NCBI RefSeq assembly: GCF_001194135.2
Contig: NC_068989.1
Span: forward strand, 5,205,240 to 5,257,989
Origin: Octopus bimaculoides
Taxonomy: Eukaryota
Direction: 5' to 3'
Length of the DNA: 52,750 bases
Shown here one piece after another: positions 36,987-49,730 of the stretch. The notes under the pieces were generated by a model. It did no database searches and was not told the origin of the DNA. It saw only the letters and a program-made list of their open reading frames with translations. The stretch's first letter is position 1, and every line of letters starts with the position of its first letter. The translations under genes were made by a program, and so were the position numbers.

Positions 36987-37702
36987 TTGTGCAAGCTACG
37001 TTATTTCATGTGTCCTTCTCATATTTAAGACGATAGAATGTGATTTGAGGAAAGTTTGGCTGCTATTTCTATTTCCAGCTCCAGGAACAGAGGTTCCCTC
37101 TCATCGGATCATTCCCATTGTTGCTGAGTTGCTGTTTACCTTTGCCATTGCTGTTGTTATTGTTGATGACGTAAGCCGCTGCTTCTGCTGCTGCTGTCAT
37201 TGGTGTGGTTGCTGCTGCAGTTGTTGCCGATGCTTCTGTTGTATCTCTAGTCGTGAGCTGCTGCTGCTGATATTGAGGGTGTTGCTGTTGCTGTTTTTGA
37301 CTATTGCTGTTGTAAATACAATTGTTATTGCTGCTGCTGCTGCTGCTGTTGTCGTTGAAGACACTATTGCAGCTCCTGCTGTTTTTGCTGCTGCACCTTT
37401 TGCAGCTACATCTGCTGCTGATGTTGTTGCAGCTGTTGTTAGTAATGTTGCTGCTGCAAGTGTTCTTGCTGCTGCTGTTGCAATTACTGACACGATTGTC
37501 ATTTTTGTTGCTGCTGCTGTTCTTGCCGCTGTTGTAGTTGCTGTTATTGTTGGTGCTGCTGCAGTTGCTGCTGTTGGGGATGTTGCGGCCGTTGCAGTTT
37601 CTGATATTTTTGTTGCTTTTATTTTCCCTGCTACTGTTGTTGTTGTTGTTGCTGCTGCTGTCTGACCCCAAATCAACTTCGACTGTGCTTAATATATCTA
37701 TC

Positions 37703-37744
<42 letters not shown>

Positions 37745-37863
37745 CATACATACATACACATATATGCATTTACATACGTGCATAAACATATAGACATACG
37801 TCTATATGTCAGCATATATATATGTGTGTGTGACTATTTATGTATCTATTCTTGTGTATACAC

Positions 37864-37916
<53 letters not shown>

Positions 37917-37978
37917 AACGAAGGCGGCTATAAACAATATTAAACCAAAAAGGAAAAATTCAATTGTCCCTAATTGTG

Positions 37979-38077
37979 ACTGACGGTGCAGGGTAGCTCC
38001 CACATTGCAAGAAATCCAGAAATTAGAGCTTTTAGCTCTTATTTCTAGCAATGTAGGTGCTACCCTGCACCGTCAGT
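37979..38077. mobile_element. 99-bp foldback (MITE-like)
   Basis: ACTGACGGTGCAGGGTAGC...GCTACCCTGCACCGTCAGT perfect 19-bp arms, with pairing continuing imperfectly to a TTTTA loop; abuts (TA)n. Confidence 0.75.
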
Positions 38078-38594
38078 ATATATATATACTGACGNNNNNN
38101 NNNNNNNNNNNNNNNNNNNNNNNNNNNNNNNNNNNNNNNNNNNNNNNNNNNNNNNNNNNNNNNNNNNNNNNNNNNNNNNNNNNNNNNNNNNNNNNNNNNN
38201 NNNNNNNNNNNNNNNNNNNNNNNNNNNNNNNNNNNNNNNNNNNNNNNNNNNNNNNNNNNNNNNNNNNNNNNNNNNNNNNNNNNNNNNNNNNNNNNNNNNN
38301 NNNNNNNNNNNNNNNNNNNNNNNNNNNNNNNNNNNNNNNNNNNNNNNNNNNNNNNNNNNNNNNNNNNNNNNNNNNNNNNNNNNNNNNNNNNNNNNNNNNN
38401 NNNNNNNNNNNNNNNNNNNNNNNNNNNNNNNNNNNNNNNNNNNNNNNNNNNNNNNNNNNNNNNNNNNNNNNNNNNNNNNNNNNNNNNNNNNNNNNNNNNN
38501 NNNNNNNNNNNNNNNNNNNNNNNNNNNNNNNNNNNNNNNNNNNNNNNNNNNNNNNNNNNNNNNNNNNNNNNNNNNNNNNNNNNNNNNNNNNNNN

Positions 38595-38732
38595 CAACGA
38601 GTCCGATAGAATAAGTACTATAGATAGAATAAGGCTTACAAAGAATAAGTCTTGGGGTCGATTTGCTCGACTAAAGGCAGTGCTCCAGCATGGCCGCAGT
38701 CAAATGACTGAAACAAGTAACAGAATAAAAGA
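38595..38732 (+). mobile_element. SINE family A tail
   Basis: CCGATAGAATAAGTAC...GGGGTCGATTTGCTCGACTAAAGGCAGTGCTCCAGCATGGCCGCAGTCAAATGACTGAAACAAG. Confidence 0.85.
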
Positions 38733-39435
38733 ATATATATATATACCAATGTATATGTATGATCATCTTTTTACTCTATGTAAATTTATAATGGCAGACA
38801 GTGTGACTTTTCTTTTTTAACCCATTAAGTCCCAGAGTACTTAAATTTCTGAATATTGCTTTTAAATTTTTACAGATGATTGAAAATAGGTTAAAATGAA
38901 AAAAAAATTAATTATTAAAACTCCTTTAGTTCAAGTAGAAATGGAAATACTCGATGTCCTATAAATAGGACACCGAAACAACGTGATATAGCTTATTTAA
39001 TGTTCTCATTTAGTTTCCTATTTATAGGATAACGGGACTTAATGGGGGAAAGCAAGATGTAATTTAATGAAAATTGGTTGTTATTTCCAGCATATCAGAG
39101 AGGGTCCTGCGATGTTGTTACAGATGTTGTTGTTATTCTGGTTGAACGCCCTGGTCGGCTCTTATGGGACTTAACTTGTGTTGAAAGGATTTTTGTCCGT
39201 GACCACCTCGACTTCCTCTCGAGCATTGTGTCTATAGGACTAAACCATATATAGACTCCATCTTATTTCAAGACGGTAGGATTTAAATTCGAAGGAGATT
39301 TTTAGCACACTTTCTAGCAGGTCGTATGACCACATAACGGCGATGGTGGTGATAGTGGTGGTGGGGTTTCGATCGTCTGACGATACAATTGATGCTACTG
39401 TTGTTGTTCATGATTCAGCTGTTACTCCTACCTTT

Positions 39436-39473
<38 letters not shown>

Positions 39474-39668
39474 TGTTGTTGTTGTTCTTTCCATTGATGT
39501 TGTTGTTACTATTGTTGCTGCTGCTGTAGTCTGAAAGTATAACCGATGGAAGAAGTTTTGTTGCAAAGCATACCGGGAGATTGTAATGCTCCAAACGTGC
39601 GCGCGCAACCGAACACACAATCTCTTTTTCTTCGCTCTCACACATAGACATTCCCTTCTTCATGCACA

Positions 39669-39750
<82 letters not shown>

Positions 39751-40451
39751 CGTACACGCGTACACATACGCGCGCGCGCATACAGTGGACTGAAATTAAT
39801 GACAAAGATAAGACACATGAAAGACAAAAGAGAGAAAATGAAAATATAGGAGTAGAAACAAAGAAAAAAGGACGATGAGGACGAGGATGATGACGATGAT
39901 GATGATGAAGAAGAAGAAGAAGGAAATGATAGGAAATGAAAGAAAGACTAAAAAGAAACAAAGACAGAAAGAAAAATGAAAGGCAAGAAGCAAAAGAACA
40001 CAGACAAACAGACAAAGAGAAAGAAAGAAAGGAAGAAACCAACATTGACTTAAGAAAAGTGCATGCGTGAATGAAACAAAGAAACAAAGAAATAAAATTG
40101 GATGAAAGAAAGAAAGAAAGAAAAAAGAAAAAGAGAAAAACAATGAAAAGAGGAAAGAGAGAAGAAAAAATAGAAAAAAAGACAGAGTAAAATGAGCGAG
40201 AAAAGAAAGAAAGAACGAGGAATTGAAGAAAGAAAGTTAGAAAGAATAGGGAAAAAGAAAGGGGGAATAATATAGAGAAAGAAAGGGAGTTAGTAGAGAG
40301 AGGGGGAAGCTAGGATGAGAAATACCAGAGAAATGAAATGAAATGAAAGACATTTAAAAAGAATGAAAAAGGAAGGGATTAATGATTAAATTCAATAAAG
40401 AAAATCCCTTTATACTCAACCCCCACCCCATTTCATCTCGAAGGATACTGG

Positions 40452-40896
40452 CTTCAAGTTTTGGCCCAAGGCTAGTAATTTTGAGGGATCGGGCAAGTCG
40501 ATTATATCGACCTCAGTGCTCAACTGGTAGTTATTTTATCGATTTCTGAAAGGATGAAAGGCAAAGTCGACCTCGGCGGAATTTGAACTCAGAACATAAA
40601 GACGGATGAAAAGCCGCTAAGTATTTTGTTCGGCGCGATAGCGATTCTGCCAGTTCACCGCCTAACTACAGCTCTAAGAATATTCTTTTCTGCTCTAGAC
40701 ACAAGGCCCGAAATTTTGGGGGAGGGGGCCAGTCGATTCGATCGATCCCTATACGCAACTGGTGCTTAATTTATCGACGTCGAAAGGATGAAAGGCAAAG
40801 TCGACTTCGGCAGAATTTGAACTCAGAACGTAAAGACAGACGAAATGCCGTTAAGCATTTCGCCCGGCGTGTTAACGTTTCCGCCAGCTCACCGCC
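40452..40896 (-). mobile_element. Two head-to-tail SINE family B copies
   Basis: Copies at about 40452-40662 and 40681-40896, each with GGATGAAAGGCAAAGTCGAC...GAATTTGAACTCAG...CCAG(T/C)TCACCGCC. Confidence 0.9.
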
Positions 40897-41027
40897 CAAC
40901 TACAGCTCAAATGAGAAGAGAGAATCTCTTTGACTCAGAAAGCCACAGCCTTTTCTCAACCGTAGGCTGCAGGTAGCAAGTCCGCTACGCATGTAAGACT
41001 CCAGGAGCTCCAACAAAAAGAGAAATA

Positions 41028-41313
<286 letters not shown>

Positions 41314-41795
41314 TCCCAATTGAAAACAGCCATACACGACCATTTCTCACTGACTGCATAAAAAATGGACCGCCACCATGGATGACAAAATGAAGGAGAG
41401 TGCTGATACAGAAGGACAAAGAAAAGAAAGGGAAAGTTAGCAATTACTTTGGAAATTATTAACTGGCATCAGAGCAAATGAAATATATTTCTGGACTAGG
41501 AGAGTTTATTGCTAGCGAAGCAGAAGGAATGCAGGATGAAGTCAAGAGGAACTGCTGGTCTGCTGTATATCGATTGTAGGATAGTAAACGGGGCACGAGC
41601 AAGAAAGAAGAACTTAGTTGTTGGCTGGATAGATTACAGCTATAGTTACGACAATGTTCCATACTGCTGGCTCTTGGAATACCCAAAGATGTTTGGAGTC
41701 AATGAAAAGATAAATCACTTTTTGAAAAAAGTAATGAGAGTGAGGGAAGTAGAACTGACATGTGCAAATGAATCACTAGAAAACGTAAAAATACT

Positions 41796-41895
41796 CCAGG
41801 AAATTTTCCAAAGAGGCTCTCCAGGGCATCTTCCAGAGAGGCTCTCCAGGGAATTTTCCAGAGAGGATCTCCAGGGCATTTTCCAGAGAAGCTCG
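41796..41895. repeat. 4 x 25-bp tandem repeat inside the RT
   Basis: CCAGGGCATTTTCCAGAGAGGCTCT-like units start at 41796, 41821, 41846 and 41871. Confidence 0.9.
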
Positions 41896-42940
41896 CTCTC
41901 TTTCCGTAACTCTTCGTCATTACGTTAATCCCTCTGACAAGTGTACTGAGAAAATCCAGGCCTGGTTATGAGTTTACCAAAAGTCAAGGTGGAAATAAAC
42001 CACCTCAAACTATACACAAAATGTGGTAGCGACTTGGATTCTCTAATCTAAACAGGAAGAGTATTTAGCAAAGATATTGCACTTTGTGGTAAATAAGTGC
42101 GTAGAGCTAATTATGAAGGGAAGCCGAAAGGTAAACTCGGCATAAAATTGCAAGAAAACAACGCCATTAGATTGCTACGAAATAATGAGGGATACAAATA
42201 CTTAGAGGTTTTGCAAGACAATAAGCTAATGGAAGGAGAAATGAAAGTGAAAAATTACCAAAGTGTACAAGAGAAGAATTAGGAATGTGCTCAAAACAAA
42301 AGTAAATGGAGGGACTATCATTAAAGCGATAAATACATGGCTTAAGCCAGTATTAAGATACTCTGTTCCCTTTCTAAAATGGACAAAGGTCGAACTACAG
42401 AACTTAAATAGAACAGAAAGCTGCTTACAATGCACAACACACAGCACCCTAAAATCAATACAGAGAAAGGAAGAAAGCAGAAGATTACCAAACGCAGAAG
42501 ACACTGTTAGTGCTGCGATATTAGGGTTGAAAAAGTATGTTATGCGAAGTGAAGATATGCCTAAAAACTTACTGAAACAGTCAGAGAATTCAAGAATGGT
42601 AGGAAGAACAGAGTAAGCAGACAGAAAGAAATTGAATTACATGGCCAATTCATGCAGCAAACTGAGGATGTTGGAAGTAGAAAACACTGGCCCTAACTGA
42701 CAGACGGAAACCTGAAACGAGAGATCGAAGCGCTGATTATAGCTGTTCAGGAGCAAGCCATTAGGACGAATCTGATAAAGGCAAAGATTGCTACAACTCA
42801 GACAGTAGAATGTGCAGGAAAAGGAGACGAAAGAGTGAATCATCTCTTGAATGAATGTAGTAAGCTAGCACAAAAAGAGTATAGGTGCAAACATGACTTT
42901 GTAGGTTAAAGAGTGCATTGGGATGTTAGCCGTGTGTGTG

Positions 42941-43335
<395 letters not shown>

Positions 43336-43984
43336 AAAGTGACTATTGACGAAAGAAGACCAGATATGATTTATGGAGACACGGAGTAAGATCATAGACT
43401 TTGCAATTTCCGATGATAATGGAATCGGTATCTAAGAGATTGAATTAAAAGCTGATAAATATGAGAACCTAGCCAGAGAGCTGAAGTGACTGCAGACATC
43501 TAAGACGACAATTATTCTTCTGGTAATTGGTGGTCTTGGCACAACACTCAAGATGCTATCCAAAAGACTCAAAGAGATTGGAACTGAGATTCGCATTGTC
43601 GATACCTGCAGAAAGCTAATATTCTGTATTTTGTAAGAATCCTAAGAAAGATTCTTGAGATTTGAGGAGAGTGGTCACTAAACTCCAGGATAACATTCTT
43701 GCTAATTAAATAAACAATTAATTGCTCTATAAATAATGGTTTCCTTTATTTGCCACAAGAGTGTAGATGAATAATAATAATTACAAACTCACAACCGCAA
43801 GAGGTCAGTGACATATGTCATGAGGAGAAAATAAAGAAATGGTAAAAGAAAACGAAAATGACCCATGGCAGTTTTATGGCAATTTAACAGGAGAAAAGGT
43901 TATTTGGCAAACGCGGATGAGTTTAATAAGATCAAAACGGTTTGAATACGAAGGCAAAGCACCACTCAGGCGTCGCCGCACGCC

Positions 43985-44077
<93 letters not shown>

Positions 44078-44879
44078 GCCCACACACACAGGCCTAAATA
44101 CGTGTACGTTCGCACGCACGGCTGTGTCCACCTGTGCACATATACAGACATACTATCCGTCACATCATTTAATCCAGATAACAGAAAAAAACAAGAAAAC
44201 AAAATACGGATGAACTCAGTAAAGTTAACGGCCATCTTTTTAGACATTTTGAGGAAGGAAATCTCTGATGTTACACCTACGACTTCATTTGCGTCCAATG
44301 ATGTGGAATTGTTCTTCCTTTTGAGCAAATGCATGCATTGTTTAGAGAGTGGGGTTGGTCCTAAGGCCTTTCCTCACTTGAAAAAGTTTGAGGAACAGGC
44401 AGCTCTTGATTTGTTTTAACGTCTCTATATCTTTAATATGTGTGTTGTATATTATGGGTGGTTGTAGCAGAAAAAGGCAAAGCAGTCAATGAAAGATTTC
44501 AGGATGGAATTAATGCACATATCATCGGGGAAGAGGGTGGGGGTCGCTTTCTGAACACCTGTTGCAAGGGGCGCCTATCGTTGCAGTATCTGTAAAACCT
44601 TCCAGAAGTTTATCATTTGAATATATATGAGCATGTCTAGATATGTAACTATATGCATGAGAAGACATACGTGGGGCAAGACATACAAATTTGCACATAT
44701 ACATACATACATACATACATAATCTGTTGTTGATGTTGAAATTCCCATGTAGGAGCCTTGATTCTAGGTTAGAAACCAGTTCTTTCTCTGTTGGCAAGAA
44801 ATCTTGAAATAAAACTGAATAAGGACATACATACATACATACATATATACATACATACATATACATATATATATATCTG

Positions 44880-45110
44880 TGTGTGTCTTTGTGTCTGTTT
44901 GTTACCCTATCACCGCTTGACAACCGGTATTGGTGTGTTTACGTTCTCGTTATATAGCGGTTCAGCAAAAGAGACCGATAGAATAACTACTAGGTTATAA
45001 AAAATAAGTTCTGGGGTCGATTTGTTCGACGAAAACTCATCAAGGCGGTGCTCCAGCATGACCGCAGTCGTATGATTGAAACAGGTAAAAATAAAATTAA
45101 AATAAATAAA
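44880..45110 (+). mobile_element. SINE family A, 3' half
   Basis: CACCGCTTGACAACCGG...GAGACCGATAGAATAA...GGGGTCGATTTGTTCGAC...GTGCTCCAGCATGACCGCAG. Confidence 0.85.
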
Positions 45111-46184
45111 AGAACTGTGATTTTCTGTTTTCTATTTTGGTGTTTACATTTTCTTTATATATATAATAACACCTTAAACAGTGTGTGATTAAATGGAATG
45201 TTTTTGTATATCAGAAAAATGGAATTCCTGTAATTTTCAAGGTCGACAAACAAAAACGTTGACATACTTAATCCGCAGTTGGTTTCAAAGGATACACGAT
45301 ACAATGGATTAGTTAGCTACACAGTATCACGGCAGTGTATTATTAAATAGAGCAGACGATAAATCTGATCGCGATGTAAGAAGCTTTGTTTACAAACAAT
45401 AATACGGCTGGCCAATCAAAATCAATAGAAAGAGCTCGTCGATGGAGGATAGTCATTAGTGCGCATGCTCAGATTTAAGTAGTCTGCGTCTGCAGACTGC
45501 ACTGTTTTTCGATTTTTTTTACACCCGTATTCGTACATATGTACTCACACACTCTCTTTCTCACACACAAACACATTCACTCTTATATGTAATTATATAC
45601 ACTTTCATATCTTTATATATCTGCTTATTTCTCGTTGTCTTTCTTTTTATACTATGCTCTTCACGCGCGCGCGCACATACACACACAAGCACATACATAC
45701 ATACATACATACATACATACATACATACATACATGCATATGTATTTATGTATAAATAAGTACATAAATGAAACTCAGAAGTCTAGCTGATATAAATATCT
45801 CATGCAAGTAATGTCAGCTTAATGGAAGACATTTATGGGCAATACTTTCAGAACCAACAATTTTCTATATTCTTCGATTATAGAATTATATTTTGTACCT
45901 ATAATCATTGATTTCGAACAGAGACACAAGACCTCTTTATGTTATCGATCCCGGAAGGTTGAAGGCAAAGTTAACCTCGGAAGGATTTAAAATCTGAGCG
46001 AACAGGAACTTAAATGCCACGCAGCATTTGATGCCATTTCACCGAATCCATCAAAGAATTGCCACTGTAACATTTCGTTTTTTGTTACATAAGCAAATGT
46101 TTAAGCAGTAACCTCGAAGTTGTGTTTTATAGGCAAAGGCTCAAAATAGAGAGATGATGTTTTTTTCATTAAACATAGTCTAAC

Positions 46185-46325
46185 TTTCTGGAGCCGTATG
46201 GTCTAATGCTTATGGTGTTCTTCTCACGATCTTGCAATCGTGGTTTCAATCCGTGGGTCAGGTTATGCGTTGCGTTGTTTTCTTGAGCAAAGCACTTCAT
46301 TTCATGTTGCTTCCGTACACGAGTA
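46185..46325 (+). mobile_element. SINE family D head, degenerate
   Basis: ATGGTCTAATG...CACGATC...GTTTCAATCC...TTCTTGAGCAAAGCACTTCATTTCATGTTGC. Confidence 0.65.
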
Positions 46326-47364
46326 AACTCTGTAACGGTGCAGCAATGTTGGGATTTCGGTTACTTTTACGCCATAGAAACCAGGTTATCGAGTAACTGA
46401 CAATATTTACTTTTAATTCTTTAATTCTGTGTTGTTAACTCAGGGATCGACGAACGATTTCCTTGTGCAATTTTTAAGCAAGTGCTGTGTGCACGACAAG
46501 GAATTTTAGAGGGAGAATATAAGGGCAGCGTTTCGTTACCTTTTTCTTTCTTTCTTTCTTTCTTTCTTTTGCTATATTCTTTTATAGGTTATGAAACCTA
46601 TATTGAATATTCTTTTCTACTCTAAGCACAAGGCCCGAAATCTTTAGTCGTCTTTTTCTCTCGTTCTTCGCCTCTACCTTTAGCTAACCACGTGACCATT
46701 TGGCCTAAGTGTATCAATATTAATCACCTTTCTCTACTTCCGCGTCTCTTCTTTCTTCACTCCTCCCTCTCTTTCTCTCTCACTTACTTCACCACCCTAA
46801 TGTATAACGAGCGAACGAACAAGCAGATTATCATATAGATTCAATGCTAGACGAGTACCTAGAGTGGGATCAAGGAACGAGTAGTCCGTCCCTGACGACA
46901 CTTTATGGGGAAAAAGCAGTTCTTGGTCTGCTCCATAAGCCTGTATAGGGTGCATTGAAATGCATGTTGGGGTGGGATGGCAAGCTCAAAGGCTGTCCCG
47001 GGCCGCAGATACTCCTACTTAGGTTGTCGATCAGTGCTAAAACATTAATCACCACTCTGAGTTTCTGTTTTTCATGGATATTTATCGAGGCCAGTGTTAT
47101 ATGTATGCTTGCGTGTTTGTGTATGTGTGTGGGTATGCGAGCGTGTGCGTGTGTGTGCGCGTGTATGCTCATGCGTGTGTAAGTGTGCGTGTAGTTAGTT
47201 TAGTAGGTATGTGTGTATGTGTTGTATTTATTTATTTATTTATTTATGGGTTTCAGCCAAGTGGCTGTGGTCATGCTGGAGCACCACCATATTGAGAAAT
47301 CTCTTGGGATATAAGATATGCATCTCTTTATGCTTCTGTCCTTCTTTTTTCTCTCTCCCTCCAA

Positions 47365-47690
47365 CCACAAACACACACACACACAGACACAGATACAAAC
47401 TCACACACGCACACACACACACCCGCACACACAGACATACACGCACACAGACACACTCACACACATTCACACACAGACGTACACGCACACAGACACACAC
47501 GCACACACAGACATGCACGGACACAAACACACATTCATAAACACACACACACACACACGCACTCACACACACACACATACACGTGCACACACACATGCAT
47601 AAACACACAAACATATAGACGCACACACACTCATACACAAACACACACACACATGCACACAGACACAGACACGCGCACGCGCGCACACAT
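47365..47690. repeat. Degenerate (CA)-rich tract
   Basis: Direct reading. Confidence 0.9.
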
Positions 47691-48174
47691 CCTCTCCGAT
47701 ATCTATCTCACATAATCAGAAAATATTTATATACTCGATAAATCGCAACATTATCAGGAACTCTTTCTTTTCTTCTCTTTTTTCCCTTTCTTTTTCTTAT
47801 TTGTCATTTACTTNNNNNNNNNNNNNNNNNNNNNNNNNNNNNNNNNNNNNNNNNNNNNNNNNNNNNNNNNNNNNNNNNNNNNNNNNNNNNNNNCACCACT
47901 ATTATACAACTTCCTAATTTTTTTTTTTGTATTTCATTCTATTTTATATTTGTGGCAGCGTTTTCGTCAGCCTCCACATATTAATAATACAATAACCTTG
48001 TCGAACAGCTACGCTCTGCAAATAGATTAAGATATTTTCTTGAAATACTGGATAAATCGATGGACTGTTTCAAATTGGCAAATATCGCTTGTTAGTTTGG
48101 CTTTTGTTATATTTTCTTCGTTGTCGTCGTAGCCACCCGCCACCCGCCACCCTCACCGCCATCGCCGCCGCCGG

Positions 48175-48540
48175 CGTCATCGCGGTATTTCGTCTGTCGT
48201 TACGTTCCGAGTTCAAATTCCGCCGAGGTCGACTTTGCCTTTCGTACTTTCGGGGTCGATAAATTAAGTACCAGTTACGCACTGGGGATCGATGTAATCG
48301 ACTTAACCCCTTTGTCTGTCCTTGTTTGTCCCCTCTATGTTTAGCCTCTTGTAGGCAATAAAAAAATATAAGAATCGTAAGCACGCCTGGCGAAACGCTT
48401 TTGCAGCATTCCGTCCGTCCGTCTTTACGTTCCGAGTTCAAATTCCGCTGAGGTCGACTTTGTCTTTCATCCATTCAGGGTCGATAAATCAAGTACTAGT
48501 GAAATACTAGGGTCGATGTATTCGACTTACCCCCTCTGCT
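48175..48540 (+). mobile_element. Two head-to-tail SINE family B copies
   Basis: GAGTTCAAATTCCGC(C/T)GAGGTCGACTTTG near 48208 and 48435. Confidence 0.9.
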
Positions 48541-48829
48541 CAGTCATTTATTCAGGACCACCTTATTCAATAAATCTTCGTATTTTTTAAGATGGTAGGA
48601 TGTAATCTGAGGCAGATATGCTACTATTTCTAGCAGAACAGTGTACATGTTTAACCCTCAGAACAACCCCGGTCGAACAGACCTATTCAACCCTGTCGAA
48701 CAGACCTGGTCGAACACACCTATTTTCGCTGACGTCCCAACCATGGCCATTCCGTATATTTGTATATATTCACATGACTACATTAGCGGCGGTTCTGGGT
48801 ACGAATTTAAACTGCATCCAGTAGAGGAG

Positions 48830-49255
48830 CCATGATTCGGAAGTTCCAGGGTTTTAAGGAGTATGGAACCGCCTCTTAGGATCTAATGTTCCCAGATCTA
48901 CTCTGACACGGAGTAGCCCGTCAGTTCTTGCCTACCTATGCATGTGAAGACTGAATTCGGTGGACCCTGCAGAAGACACGTTCATGGTTCAACGGAAGGG
49001 AAGGTAGCTGTAGTGATGCATTGCGGAGGGCAGAGAACAGGATGAGGCAAGCAAGACGTCTTGGTCATCCATAGCATCCGTCTCCATCCCCAAACATTTT
49101 TACCAGGTTTTGCCACTGGATTGAAGACCGTTACGGACGACAAAGTGAAGTTAACGACGCGCAATTGTTCGTCACTTTAAACAAAGTTCTTCGCAAGTCA
49201 TCAGTCATCCGCAAGGATGACGAGATGGTCCTCGTCGCTCTGAAGGGCAAACATG
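48830..49255. other. GC-richer structured segment, possibly an RTE LINE UTR relic
   Basis: Contains hairpins GTCATCC-GCAA-GGATGAC and GACGAG-ATGGTC-CTCGTC; loose resemblance, from memory, to RTE termini. No ORF recognised. Confidence 0.3.
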
Positions 49256-49269
49256 TAGCAGTGGTTGAC

Positions 49270-49395
49270 TAGTATTTTATGTTATCGACCAGAAAAGGAT
49301 GAAAAGTAAAGTTGACCTTGGTGGAATATTAGCTTAGAACGTAAAGAATCGAACGCAGAAAACAAGGCGTTTTCTCTGACGCTCTAATGATTCTA
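49270..49395 (-). mobile_element. SINE family B, degenerate
   Basis: TTATCGACCAGAAAAGGATGAAAAGTAAAGTTGACC...TAGAACGTAAAG. Confidence 0.7.
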
Positions 49396-49730
49396 ACAGT
49401 AGAGAAAAAATAGCCAAACATCGAAGAACACCAAAGAATATTGCTAACAAACGACATCATCTCGAAGTTCAACTTGCAAAGACATCAGACGACACAAATA
49501 CGATGAATGGCTTCTTAAAGATGAACGACTTCTAAAAGAGACGGTATCTTACAAATACAGATCTTTATTAAATGCTGAAATATAAAGAACATTAAACGGT
49601 CTTCATTAAAAGAATGTCTCGCTAAATATTAAATGAATTACATTGCTTTTCACTTAAAAAAAATATTGAGATTGCGCAAGAAATCTGAAGGAAAATACAA
49701 TTACAAATAGTTATTTTCTTCAATTTATAG

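Larger units (their letters stand above)
34420..39340 (-). repeat. Region with many family C fragments interleaved with GTT/GCT trinucleotide mosaics
   Basis: GTTTAG(C/T)CCC(A)GG starts near 34598, 35268 and 36615; GATTTG(G/A)CTG(C/T)TATTT cores near 34745, 34955, 35650, 36378, 37055 and 39075. Confidence 0.65.

Noticed and set aside
36922-37676. 160-250 aa Ala/Val/Thr/Ser-rich ORFs on both strands
   Set aside because: A GCT/GTT mosaic open in several frames and flanked by family C pieces; no domain signal.
44102-44419. 105-aa ORF with ordinary composition
   Set aside because: Starts in a CA repeat, has no recognisable motif and no convincing splice sites.
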